From positions 118,730,001 through 118,794,000 of the forward strand of contig NC_083223.1 of NCBI RefSeq assembly GCF_032191835.1: a stretch of 64,000 nucleotides of DNA. Direction: 5' to 3'. The position numbers were made by a program, and so were the translations under genes. The stretch's first letter is position 1. Each line of letters starts with the position of its first letter. This DNA comes from Heteronotia binoei (Eukaryota). Shown here one piece after another: positions 11,928-24,053 of the stretch. A model generated the notes under the pieces. That model was given only the letters and a program-made list of their open reading frames with translations, was not told where the DNA came from and did no database searches.

Positions 11928-13537
11928 AACAACATAAGAGAAGCCATGTTGGATCAGGCCAACGGCCCATCAAGTCCAACACTCTGTGTCACACAGTGGC
12001 AAAAAATGTTATATACACACATACACTGTGGCTAATAGCCACTGATGGACCTGTGCTCCATATTTTTATCTAAACCCCTCTTGAAGGTGGCTATACTTGT
12101 GGCCGCCACCACCTCCTGTGGCAGTGAATTCCACATGTTAATCACCCTTTGGGTGAAGAAGTACTTCCTTTTATCCGTCTTAACCTGTCTGCTCAGCAAT
12201 TTCATCGAATGCCCACGAGTTCTTGTATTGTGAGAAAGGGAGAAAAGTACTTCTTTCTCTACTTTCTCCATTCCATGCATTATCTTGTAAACCTCTATCA
12301 TGTCACCCCGCAGTCGACGTTTCTCCAAGCTAAAGAGTCCCAAGCGTTTCAACCTTTCTTCATAGGGAAAGTGCTCCAGCCCTTTAATCATTCTAGTTGC
12401 CCTTCTCTGCACCTTCTCTAAAGCTATAATATCCTTTTTGAGGTGTGGCGACCAGAACTGCACACAGTACTCCAAATGAGACCGCACCATCGATTTATAC
12501 AGGGGCATTATGATACTGGCTGATTTGTTTTCAATTCCCTTCCTAATAATTCCCAGCATGGCATTGGCCTTTTTTATTGCAAACGCACACAGTCTTGACA
12601 CTTTCAGTGAGTTATCTATCATGACCCCAAGATCTCTCTCTTGATCAGTCTCTGCCAGTTCACACCCCATCAACTTGTATTTGTAGCTGGGATTCTTAGC
12701 CCCAATGTGCATTACTTTGCACTTGGCCACATTGAACCGCATCTGCCACGTTGACGCCCACTCACCCAGCCTCAACAGATCCCTTTGGAGTTCCTCACAA
12801 TCCTCTCTGGTTCTCACCACCCTGAACAATTTAGTGTCATCTGCAAACTTGGCCACTTCACTGCTCACTCCCAACTCTAAATCATTTATGAACAAGTTAA
12901 AGAGCATGGGACCCAGTACCGAGCCCTGCGGCACCCCACTGCTTACCGTCCTCCACTGCGAAGACTGCCCATTTATACTCACTCTCTGCTTCCTATTACT
13001 CAGCCAGTTTTTGATCCACAAGAGGACCTGTCCTTTTACTCCATGATTCTCAAGCTTTCTAAGGAGCCTTTGATGAGGAACTTTATCAAAAGCTTTCTGG
13101 AAGTCAAGGTAAACAACATCTATCGGGTCTCCTTTGTCCACATGTTTGTTCACCCCCTCAAAGAAATGCAACAGGTTAGTGAGGCAAGATCTTCCCTTGC
13201 AGAACCCATGCTGAGTCTTCCTCAATAACCCGTGTTCATCAATGTGCCTACTCATTCTGTCCTTGATAATGGTTTCTACCAACTTTCCCGGTATTGAAGT
13301 CAGACTGACTGGCCTGTAATTTCCCGGATCTCCTCTGGAACCTTTTTTAAAGATGGGGGTGACATTTGCTACCTTCCAGTCCTCAGGAATGGAGGCAGAT
13401 TTCAATGAAAGATTACAGATTTTTGTTAGAAGATCCACAAGTTCAACTTTGAGTTCCTTCAGAACTCTCGGATGTATGCCATCCGGACCCGGTGACTTAT
13501 TAGTTTTTAATTTGTCTATCAGTTGTAGGACCTCCTC
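11928..13537 (-). mobile_element. Young 5'-truncated CR1 LINE
   Basis: Uninterrupted RT ORF, 3' UTR and ttctcttatgtt tail. The 5' junction has templated extra bases (13537-13568). Confidence 0.95.
12032..13536 (-). CDS. CR1 ORF2 reverse transcriptase and C-terminal region (endonuclease lost by 5' truncation)
   Basis: Frame open from ~13536 (KSPGPDGIHPRVLKEL). Motifs NYRPVSLTS, YLDFQKAFDKV, SGVPQGSVLGP, KFADD, ERDLGV. Confidence 0.93.
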
Positions 13538-15696
13538 ATTCAGTTGTAGGACCTCCTACAACTGAATGTAGGATGTATACAGATTGTAAAATGTAATTCA
13601 TATATATATCCATTACAAAACCACAGTACCCAGAGCACATAACAAAGAACGGAGCATATTGTAAAACATGTGAACAACACTCTGTAATAGAAATCTGGTC
13701 TTGTATCCTGTTTTAAGTCAGATGAAATTGCTGATAACTAGGTCTCTTGTTTGATTAAAACAGATAGTAGAAGCTGCTCATTACATAGAAGCCTCTGATA
13801 GAGACAGCTGTGATAAAATATATTGCTCCTAAAGTACCAATTGTCATAGAATTAGTGAACCTTTGTAAATACTATTTCATGATACGCCCATTTGTATTAG
13901 ATGGGAATTTCATTTTAAAGTAAATACTTAAGAAATTTCGAAACAGAACACAATACTGGATTCCTATTATATGCTTTACAATATTTCTGTTCTCCGTTAT
14001 GTGCTCTGTTGTGCTATCATTTTGTAATGAATGTATGCATCACATTTTAATAATAATAATACGTTTTTATTTATACCCCGCCCTTCCCGCACAGGCAGGC
14101 TCAGGGCGGCTTACAAAGCATGATATAATATCATGGTATAACAATAAACAGATAATAAAATCAATAAACAACGGCATAGATACAATATATAAATTAATAT
14201 TAAAATTAAGCTATTAAAATTAAGCTAAAAACAATAAAATGGTGCTACAATCTCTGTTTATCCAAGATAGCATAATATTAGTTCTGGTTCCATCTTAAAA
14301 GGCTAATTGGAAGAGGGCGGTTTTGCAGGCCCTACGGAACTGATTGAGATCCCGAAGGGCCCGCACCTATTCCGGCAGCTGATTCCACCATTGGGGTGCT
14401 TTTATGGAGAAGGCCTGATCCCTGGTTAAGTTTGGCCTCCTTAGGCCCAGGGATTTCCAAAAGATTTTGTGAGCTGGAGCGCAGTGCTCTCTGGGGAACA
14501 TATGGAGAGAGGCGGTCCCTAAGGTAGGCAGATCCTCAGCCATATAGGGCTTTAAAGGTAATAACCAGCACCTTGTAACGAACCTGGTATACAATTGGCA
14601 GCCAGTGCAGTTCCTGCAGCCTAAGCCGCACATGTTCCCACCGAGGTAGTCCCACCAGCAGCCTGACTGCCGCGTTCTGCACTAGCTGCAGTTTCCGGGT
14701 TCGGTACAGGGGCAGCCCCATGTAGAGGGCATTACAGTAGTCCAATCTCGAGGTGACCGTCGCATGAATCACTGTTGCCAGGTCGCCTCGCTCCAGGAAG
14801 GGGGCCAACTGCCTTGCCTGTCTAAGGTGAAAGAAGGCGGATTTGGCAATGGCAGCTATCTGGGCCTCCATTGTCAGGGAAGACTCCAGTAGCACTCCCA
14901 AGCTCCTGACCTCGCGCACTGGTACCAGTGGCGCCCCGTCAAAAGCTGGAAGGGGGATCCCTCCTTTCGGACCGCTGCGACCTAGGCAAAGGACCTCTGT
15001 CTTTGCTGGATTCAATTTCAGCCTGCTCAGCTTGATCCAATCAGCCATGGCTTGCAATGCCTGGTCCAGATCTACAGGGATGTCGGCAGCCCGGCCGCCC
15101 ATCAATAGATAGAGCTGGGTGTCATCAGCATACTGGTGACAACCCAGCCCATATCCCTGGGCAATCTGGGCAAGGGGGCGCATGTAGATGTTAAATAGGT
15201 CTAGCAACAGCAGTACTGCCACACCGCCTCGATCCAGATGTCACCGGAGATCATCAATGAGGGCGACCAGCACTGTCTCCGTCCTGTGGCCCGGGTGGAA
15301 GCCGGACTGAAAAGGATCTAAGGTGGAAGCATCATCCAGAAAGCTCTGCAACTGCAACGCCGCAGCCCTGTCTATAACTTTGCCCAAAAAGGGCAAATTT
15401 GAGACCGGCCGGTAATGTGCCAATTCGGCCAGATCTGATGTAACCTTTTTCAGGAGGGGGCGGACCACTGCCTCCTTCTGAGGGGTTGGAAAAAGACCCT
15501 TCGAAAGAGATCTATTTATGATGTCCCGTATAGGACATCTTAGTCCCTCCTGGCAAGCTTTGGGCGTTTTCCCACGGAACTTACCTCGGAGCGATGTCCC
15601 TCTTCACTGTGTGGATTTCCCACCAACTGCTTCGCATAACCAGGAAGTGCCGGACCTTTTGTGTCGCAGATGTAAACCGCTAAAAACCAGTTTACG

Positions 15697-17682
15697 TTAG
15701 AAAGATTTAGAAGGACTACAAATAAAAGGGTATACCTATAAATATAGAGCATTTGCGGATGATATAATGCTTATAAATGAAAATCCCTTACAAGCTACAC
15801 CGTTGTTGCTAACGAGAATACAAGAGTTTGGGGAGTTGGCGGGACTTTACATAAACAAAGAAAAATCAAAAATTTTATGTAAGAATATGCAGAAAAATAG
15901 ACAACAAGAACTACAAAGACTAACGGGTTGTGAAGTTACCTCTAAGGTAAAATACCTAGGGGTAGAGATAACAATGAAAAATATTGATCTGTTTAGGAAC
16001 AACTATGAAAAGCTCTGGCATAAAATAGAAGAAGATATGCTAAAGTGGAACAAGCTCAATTTGTCATTGTTGGGCAGAATAGCTGCAGTAAAAATGAATA
16101 TCTTACCAAGGATTATGTATTTGTTTCAAACCATCCCCATTGTGAAAGATGCTAAGCAATTTGATAAATGGAGAAGAAAAATTTTGGAATTTGTGTGGGC
16201 CGGGAGGAAACCTAGAATTAAAATGAAAGTCCTGATAGATGCAAAAGAGAGAGGTGGGTTTCAATTACCAGATTTGAAACTGTATCATGAAGCAATTTGT
16301 TTAGTATGGTTGAAAGAGTGGATAACGCTATTAAATAAAAAACTTCTAGTGTTAGAAGGCCATGGAAAAAAATTTGGCTGGCATGCCTACTTGTATTATG
16401 GGAAAAAGAAGATGGACGGTCTTTTCTCTCACCATTATATAAGGAGCAGTTTACTAAATGTGTGGATAAAGTACAAGAAATATGGCGATGAGAGAAGACC
16501 TTTGTGGATAGTGCCGGCTGAAGTGATAAAGTTAATGGCCAAAACAGTTAAGGAAAAACAACTATCATACAACCAACTACTAAAAATACAAAGTGGGAAA
16601 ATAGAACTGAAAACTGCAGAAGAATTGAATTATAAATATGATTGGTTTCAAATGCAACAAATAAAAAGCTTGATGGAGAATGATATCAAAGCTGAAGGAA
16701 TAAGGAAAGAGCAAACAGAAATGGAAAGAGTTCTGCTTGGAGATAATGAGAAATTAATTTCAAAAGTGTACAAATTACTTTTACAATGGACTACAGAAGA
16801 TGAAGTAGTGAAATCTCAAATGATAAAATGGGCAATTAATGTAAATAAAGAAATAAAGATGGAATCTTGGGAATATTTGTGGAAAAACTCTATGAAACTC
16901 GCTACATGTCATAGTATTAAAGAGAACTGTTTTAAGATGATGTATAGATGGTATATGACTCCAAAAAAATTAGCAAAGATGAACAATAAGATGCCAGATA
17001 GGTGCTGGAAATGTAAAAAGCATGAAGGTTCTTTCTACCATATGTGGTGGACTTGTGAAAGAGCTAAAATGTTTTGGCAGATGATTCAACAAGAGATATC
17101 TAAGATCCTGGGATATGAATTTAACAAAGAAGCAGAGACTTTTCTGCTGGGATTACAAATGGAAAAATTTCCAAAAGAAGACAGAACTTTAATATGGTAC
17201 TTGCTCTCAGCTGCTAGGACATTGTATGCGCAGTTGTGGAAGCAAGAAAAAATACCAGAAAAATGGGATTGGACTATAAAAGTTATGTCATGGAGTGAAA
17301 TGGACAAATTAACAAGAAAACTAAGAGACTGCGATTTAGAACTTTTTAACCGGGAGTGGAAGAAATTCAGAAGATATGTAGAAAAAGAGTGGAAAATAAA
17401 AGGACATTGGACAATTTTTGATGATTAAGATTTTAAAGACAAGAATATAACTTTTGAAGGGGGGATCTTTTTCTTTATCAATTTTTGTTTTTTTTCTTGA
17501 TAGTTAAAGGTACCTTTAATATCTGTTTTTTTCAAAAAAAAAATAACACTGGCGGGGGTCAAGTATTGGGGGGAGGGGTGGGAGAAAAGTAAGGTGTGGG
17601 GTAGAATGATGTTTTTTTTTCTATCTTAAGCTTTTTATAAGTTGTAGATATAGTTTTACTACCATATGTTACTAATAAAATT
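15697..17682 (+). mobile_element. 5'-truncated L1-clade LINE
   Basis: Open ORF2 3' half, G-rich 3' UTR tract (~17551-17612), AATAAA at 17674-17679. Confidence 0.92.
15767..17428 (+). CDS. L1-clade ORF2 C-terminal half (RT thumb, DUF1891-like region, zf-RVT)
   Basis: Frame open from ~15701 and includes RAFADD, KYLGV, SLLGRIAAVKMNILPR, GGFQLPDLKLY and CWKCKKHEGSFYHMWWTC. No stops in ~575 codons. Confidence 0.92.
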   Translation: MLINENPLQATPLLLTRIQEFGELAGLYINKEKSKILCKNMQKNRQQELQRLTGCEVTSKVKYLGVEITMKNIDLFRNNYEKLWHKIEEDMLKWNKLNLSLLGRIAAVKMNILPRIMYLFQTIPIVKDAKQFDKWRRKILEFVWAGRKPRIKMKVLIDAKERGGFQLPDLKLYHEAICLVWLKEWITLLNKKLLVLEGHGKKFGWHAYLYYGKKKMDGLFSHHYIRSSLLNVWIKYKKYGDERRPLWIVPAEVIKLMAKTVKEKQLSYNQLLKIQSGKIELKTAEELNYKYDWFQMQQIKSLMENDIKAEGIRKEQTEMERVLLGDNEKLISKVYKLLLQWTTEDEVVKSQMIKWAINVNKEIKMESWEYLWKNSMKLATCHSIKENCFKMMYRWYMTPKKLAKMNNKMPDRCWKCKKHEGSFYHMWWTCERAKMFWQMIQQEISKILGYEFNKEAETFLLGLQMEKFPKEDRTLIWYLLSAARTLYAQLWKQEKIPEKWDWTIKVMSWSEMDKLTRKLRDCDLELFNREWKKFRRYVEKEWKIKGHWTIFDD

Positions 17683-19350
17683 GTTTATACACAGCGACGC
17701 AAAAGCTGCGGCTCTTCCTGGTTATGTGGAGCAGTTGGTGGGAAATCCACGCAGACGCTGCGCGGTGAAGAGGGACGTCGCTCCGAGGTAAGCTCCGTGG
17801 GAAAACACCCTTTAATTAACCAGGAGGGGCAAGGGTCCAAATCGCAAGTTGTTGGGCATGCAGCAGAGAGGATTCTGTCAACTTCCTCCAAACTGAGAGG
17901 GTCAAAACAATCCAGGGTCAAACCAGAAGGCAGGCACGGAGCCTCAAGCTTACTGTATCCAACATGGCAGGGCAATCGTGGTGGAGCGATTGGACTTTGT
18001 CTGCAAAAAATTTCGCAAAAGCCTCACAGCCTATGTCCAATTCCTTAATATTTGGTTTGCCTTGTGGCAATGTAGTAAGGTTCCGAATTGTTCTAAACAA
18101 TTGTTCCGGGTGCCAATTTGCAGGCGCAATCTTAGCCGCAAAGTATATCTTCTTTGTGGCCTTGACTGCCATCTCATAGGACCTAATAAATTCCCTATAA
18201 GATGCTCTAGTCGCTTCGTCCTGAGTACGTCGCCATTGCCTCTCTAGCTGTCTGAGACCCTGTTTCATCTGGCATAATTCCAGGTTATACCACGGAGCCA
18301 GCCTAGTCCGAGGTCGCAGAGGGCACCGAGGTGCAATCTCATCAATGGCCGTAGAGAGCCAGCTATTCCAGGACTCAATCAGGCCATTGAGGGAACCGCC
18401 AGAGGGCCAGGGATCCCGTAGAGCCATCTGGAACCATTCCGGGTCCATTTGGCTCTACAGGCGAGCCATAATACGCTCGTTGTCTAAGCAGGTTTGGAGT
18501 AGAATGTCCATACAAGCCCTGAGAGCAAGGTGGTCCGACCATGGCACTACTTCTGTAGTTACATCATCCACCATAATCCCAGCCTCAAAGATCAGGTCTA
18601 ACATGTGGCCAGCCTGGTGAGTGGGGGTTGTAACAAATTGAGAGAGTCCCAGTGTCGCCATGGATGACACTAGGTCCGCCGCCAGCTTAGAGGTCGGGTC
18701 ATCAGCATGGACGTTGAAGTCACCCAGGATCACCATCCTTGGGTGCTCTAACGCCCAGCCTGCCACGGCCTCAAGCAGGGACGGTAAGGCGTTGGCCGGT
18801 GTACTAGGTGAACGGTACACCAGCCAAATTGCCAACCCCTCTCCATCCTCCACGCCAGACCTGCACATTCAATACCCTCGATCTTTGGAGCCAGGAGTGC
18901 CCTAAAGGAGGAAGCCTCATGTATGAACAATGCCACTCCTCCCCCCCCCCCGCCCACTAGTCCATGATTGGTGAAAGACCGAGTAACCCGGGGGAGCTGT
19001 TTGAGAGAGAGCTACCAGATCTCCCTCTTGTACCCAGGTCTCGGTCACGCAAGCCAGATCCATGCCCTGCTTGAGTAAAAACCCTCGGAGGACAGAGGTC
19101 TTATTATTAATGGACCTGGCATTACATAACACCAATGACGGAGGTGGGTTATTTAACCTGGCCCTGCTACCTGTTACCCTTGGGATGGGACACAGACTGG
19201 AAGGTGATCAAGCCCTAATTGGTCTCGGTCCCCTTCCCTTATATCGTTGTCTGTTCCCACCACCATACCTCCCCCTCCCCAGGAGCACTGGAATCCCTGG
19301 GCCAGTGGTGTTAGTTGTTATCATAGCCACCAATTCTAGTACTCCCTAGC

Positions 19351-20510
19351 ACCACCCTTAAATACTCCTCAATCCACTCCACCCCACCAATCCCAATTCC
19401 AAATCAACCCAATTAAACCCACCCCATAATCCCTTTATATTAATTGGTAAAACACATATTAAAAGTCAGTGGCAATAAATATAATCCCTCCCTAATAACC
19501 CTCAATTTCTTTGCCAAATAATATATATAAATCAGACCCAATCAATATAATAATCACAAATCAAACGAGTTAATTGACTAAAACTTAAATTATAAATAGT
19601 AGATTGCGAGTGGATGGAGGTAGAATGTTAATAAGGAAAGTGCTGTCGTGCTAGTCAGTGCAAGATCTTCTGAACTGAGTAAAGTGCTAAGTAAGGTGCT
19701 GAGTAGATAAAGTGCAAAGACAGGTGCAGGTATCGAGCTTATACTACGAAGTGTGCTGCACTGAGGGCAGCGGTCGTACATCTGGGTGTAGGATGGAATA
19801 TATGTCAAGGGTCCATGAGACCTCGGCCAACAACACCCCTGGCACAACCCGGCAGGTCCAGGGAGGCGAACCCCCCCCCCCCCCGTGCCTCTTAGTTACG
19901 CAACAGGGCTCCACAGTTCCTCCAGTGGAGTTGGCCAGTCCAATCAGGGACCCTTGCTCCACCAAGATGGTCAGTGGCCTTGGGGCCGCCGCAGGCTTCC
20001 CCTTCGCTAGCAGCACCCCAACCGCCACTGTCAATCACCAACGGCCGTGCCCTCACTCGGCGCACACGTCGCATGATTGCAAGAGTCTCTGGCCATTCAC
20101 TCGACTCTGCTTGCCCGTTTGTCCAGTCCCTCTGCTCGCCTGCCTGTCACACACCACCCGTTCATATGGGCGTGGGCATCCCAGCCTCTCTGCTCCGCAC
20201 TCCCTCCACTCGCCGGCCACTCCTCTCGCCGTCCGACCTTGCCCGGCCAAACAGCGCAGTCCAGACCGGTGTCTCAGCCTCCTCCACGCTCGTCGCCAGG
20301 CCCCGCCTCACCCCACAAACCGGCAGTAGCTCCGGCGAAGCTCCGCAGGACCCTTCAACACCATACCACACTCTCCTGCTCTGAGGTGGGATATCTTGTC
20401 AGTTGCACTTGGTATTTTAGGCCAACTAAATATGAACCGAGTTGTTTCAAGTTGTTTCAAGGGAGCTCTAGCACCCGAGCTCTACCTCGCCGCCGCCATG
20501 TTGCTCTTGC
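19351..20510 (-). other. CpG-rich segment, possibly the 5' region of the L2
   Basis: Contiguous with L2 ORF2 and CpG-rich. YY1-like aacatggcggc near its far end (plus gccgccatgtt 20492-20502). No recognisable ORF1. Confidence 0.35.
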
Positions 20511-20552
20511 AGTGAGGAGATGGCTCAGCTCTGATATGGTCTTATAACATGT

Positions 20553-20844
20553 ACAGCCAGTTTGGTGTAGTGGTAGTGGTTAAGTGCGCACACTCTTATC
20601 TGGGAGAATGGGTTTGATTCCCCATTTATCCACATGCACCTGCTGATGTGACCTTGAGTCAGTTACAAGTTCTTGCAGAGCTGATCCTCACAAGAGCAGT
20701 TTCTGTCAGAACTCTCTTGGCTCCATCTATCTCACAGGGTATCTGTTATGGGGAGAGGAAGGGAAAGGAGACTATAAGCTGCTCTGAGATTCCTTTGGGT
20801 AGTGAAGGGTGTGGTATAAATTCAATATTTTCTTCTCTTCTTCT
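20553..20844 (+). mobile_element. tRNA-derived SINE, Squam3-like
   Basis: Head agccagtttggtgtagtgg with A/B boxes (ggtttgattcc), L2-like tail and (ttc)n. Confidence 0.85.
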
Positions 20845-21302
20845 ATAGGTGCTAATGTTTAAATATTTATCATTTACATTTGGCATATTCTTCCCTTGAT
20901 ATGTATAGCTCTTTTTGTTTTACAATACTGTATACAGGGTGGAGTTCATTAGTATTTTGGGATATGCATTCATACATAAATCTGCCTAAATCTACTCATA
21001 TACTCTGTCTTGGCACACACCAAGCTGCTCTGCACTATTGGAAAGAGAGGGCAGAAAAATTTTAAATAAATGTTCTATTATTCAAAAACCCTTCATCTTT
21101 AAGATTTTATACAATTTGTGTTCTAAGTTAAATATCTGAAATGTACTTTTTCACCTACTTTGAGATTCCACTCATGACCAAAGGCATCAAACTAGTACAG
21201 GACTAGTAAGCTAACATCTTGTGCTCTTCCAAATGCCTTCAAATGTTGAAAGAGCCATATTGACATTAATGTAGGTTAATGATCCATGTGGTTTATTGTT
21301 GC

Positions 21303-21449
21303 CAGGCCTCAGATTCAGTGGGAGCTCACAGGAGTGCAGCTTTGAACCTTTCTGAGAGTTCCACCTCCTTGTCCATTGAATAGTAGGTGCAGCTGCATAA
21401 CAATCCCTGGATGAGCTCCACCACCTATTTTTCTATAAAACGACCCCTG
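21303..21449. mobile_element. 147-bp hAT MITE
   Basis: Perfect 8-bp TSD attgttgc (21295-21302, 21450-21457). The same family is inverted at 63884-64000. Confidence 0.9.
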
Positions 21450-22806
21450 ATTGTTGCCCTCTTTAGCAGAATTATAACTTAAGTCCACTGAAGGTATAAA
21501 CTTCCACTGAAGTCAATCAGTGGACTAAGCAAACTGACAAGTGGATTTTGTAGGGTGTAACTCTGCTTAGAATGGCACTGTTAGTTTTGATTTGTAAACA
21601 AACAAATGTAATATATGATCTCTTTTGAACTCAACTACAGCAGAGTATATGAGTGCCAACATAACTATACTTTGCTCAGACTGAATTCAAAAGATAATTT
21701 CTGTTTTAAAGGTTGAATGGCAATGGAACCATTCATATGCTATATTGATCTGACTGGGATTTTTGTCCACAGTTAATGCATCTTAAATCTTCCCAGTACA
21801 TGAATTCCCAATGAATGCTGCACAGGACATTGATCCATCCATGAGCCAAATAATTATCAGATCCTTTTAAAGTATTGTACCTATAAATTGCCAGAAGGCT
21901 GCAGGTGAAGATGTGTAATGTACATTATCTATATCAATATATCTAAATTTATTCTATATAGTCATTGCAGTCCATGACTATCTCTTTTGCTTGCCTTATT
22001 TTTTAAAAAAAAATATTCTTCATATTCTGAAATGGCTTTGCTTAATTTGAAACAGAATGTTTCCAGTTTTTGGAAAACATACAGACATGTCAAGATTCAG
22101 CTAAATCTTTTTATGTATGTGTTGGGAGAATTCCACTATTAGTATCACACTTTCTTCTTCCTATCTTCCTCCATCCTCTGGTATATGACTGTTTTTTGAT
22201 AGATGTACTTTTATTGTCTGCTTCCACACAGTCCAAGTGCTAGTTTTTCAGCACATCACTTCTGCTATGTGGGGAGATCTCTGAAAACATCTGTATTGAA
22301 TTTACTTCACTCTTTATTTCCATTTCCCCTTTTTCTCAACATTATTGGACTTAGTCTAAAATTCATAGGGAAATCTGCTGTCAGTATGAACTTTTACACA
22401 TTCTAACAATTATTGTTCATTTGCACTCATTTATGAAAATGACTCTAGTCAAGGTAAGAAAAAGGGTTTACCTTCTAACACCTTGCTAGATTGTCACACA
22501 TAAAGAGGAGGATTTTGGAAAAGCCAAAAAGGCTAGATAGTGTTTCTTCCTCTTTGGCCAAGAAGACAAGGACAGAAACTGGAGGGGGATGGACTCCCAA
22601 AGGGAGATTATAAATTCTTACAGGACACAAAAAGCACTACTATTCCCTTTATTCATCCATCTCAGATGGGCGCAAACGGTGAAGGATGAACCTTTTACCT
22701 AGGGACTTAATTTTGACCATGTTGAGGGACAATGAAGAGAAACTTTGTACCATTTTGCATTCTAAACCACTGCCCACCGGCTATGTAGCTCTGCGCACTG
22801 TACCTC

Positions 22807-24053
22807 TGTAAGCCAAATTGCCATTGAAGAGAGGTTAGGGAATTTAAGTGGTGGGCAATTATGGCTCAGCGGGATACAGAATCTATGTATACAGGAGATG
22901 ACCTCCAGAACTTCCCTTAGAATAACAAGGGGAGTCTCCAAATAAAATATAAAAATGTTTTATTAGAAAAATAAGTCAAGCATACAAGGGAATATATTCA
23001 TTCAACATATATACAGTTCTAGGAAAAATAGAGGTGAGATTGATAGGGGTCACATATAAGGGATAACACAGACAAGGTGATACTTTACCTCTCGTAGTCT
23101 TCAAGGTGACGCTCCAATAGCGGCGAAAAAGGAAAGGGGGAGCAAGACACGGCCTGCATATCTTACTATTAGGGACCCCAAACTGATCAGGTTTATGGGG
23201 TGAGTCTAACAGCGGAGTAGGTATACTGTCAGATGCACACCTGAGGAACCATGGGTTAGACCTTTTAAGGACTACCCTGTGCCCTCAGGGGGTTGAGGTC
23301 AGATGGTCTATAACACCAGGTCAGGTGGGCTATGATGCTGGAACATGTGGTATGTGACCTCAGAAAAGGGGTGGCTCCAAGGTGACATTTGGAAAATAAC
23401 AGAAGAAGATGGGATTAACTATACTAAACAAAACTTATCTACACTGACAATATAGGGCCGAATTGTTATCTAAAGTGACATCCAACCTACACAATGGTGT
23501 TGGTCTCTGGGTTGGGTTTGGTCTTTGTCTTCTTCCCTTCTCAGCTGGCACAGTCTTTTGTAAGATGTATAGCTTGGAATACCTGGCACATAGAATGTCT
23601 GGCTCTGGATGCACATAGAGATAAGCTTGATGGCTTTATGGAAATGTCCAAATTGCACATTGGGTATATGGGGCTCCTGCTTCGCTCTCATGGCATCTGA
23701 AGATGCAGGGAGATAACCGCTGATGCTGTTAGCCCTTGTAATGGCTTCCATCAGGAAGGCTGAAAACCACATAGCTGGACAGCTCATGGCGGCAGTGCAA
23801 TCTCTTGTCCTGCAAAGCTGGGGACTTACATACGATAGCAGGCTAGAAGTCTTCTTGCCAGGTTTGGGTCTATCCATGGAAGTCCTGCCTTGGTGACCAG
23901 GACCCAGGTAGCCCACATAGGCGTAGTAGCAAGCTGGTAGCATGGCCTATGCCCACGTGTAGATGTGTGCAAGTTGGAACTCCATGCTTTCTGGCACCCA
24001 AGCCAGGAATCATGATGTCTGTACAAACATGAGGGAGGGGACTCTGGCTCACA
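22807..24053 (-). mobile_element. Solo LTR (1247 bp) of an unclassified LTR retroelement or ERV, with a decayed ORF in U3
   Basis: TG...CA ends with inverted termini tgtaagcca / tggctcaca and 4-bp TSD cctc (22803-22806, 24054-24057). On the minus strand: TATA-like 23263-23269, donor 23083-23088, AATAAA 22959-22964. Homologous along its length to 60918-62256. Confidence 0.85.

Larger units (their letters stand above)
15562..17810. mobile_element. Palindromic MITE with ~125-bp arms and 3-bp TSD (PIF/Harbinger-like), split by an L1
   Basis: 15562-15696 and 17683-17810 are reverse complements (gggcgttttcccac / gtgggaaaacaccc). TTT is duplicated at 15559-15561 and 17811-17813 within the L2 Lys codon. 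Confidence 0.85.
14048..19350 (-). mobile_element. L2-clade LINE (EN + RT), decayed, interrupted at 15559-17813
   Basis: APE endonuclease motifs (LCNARSINNK, CVTETW, GGGVAL, VYRSP, ILGDFN, HMLDLIF, WSDH). RT region PFLGKV, QSGF, QYADD. (taa)n tail at 14048. ORF2 is continuous across the insertion (DPCPSWLI-K-ACQEGL). Frameshifts and an RT-internal deletion at ~15200. Confidence 0.92.

Noticed and set aside
19712-20547. Several overlapping 130-205 aa ORFs as a candidate L2 ORF1 or host gene
   Set aside because: Stop-poor GC-rich sequence gives long frames on both strands, with no RRM, esterase or zinc-knuckle motifs.
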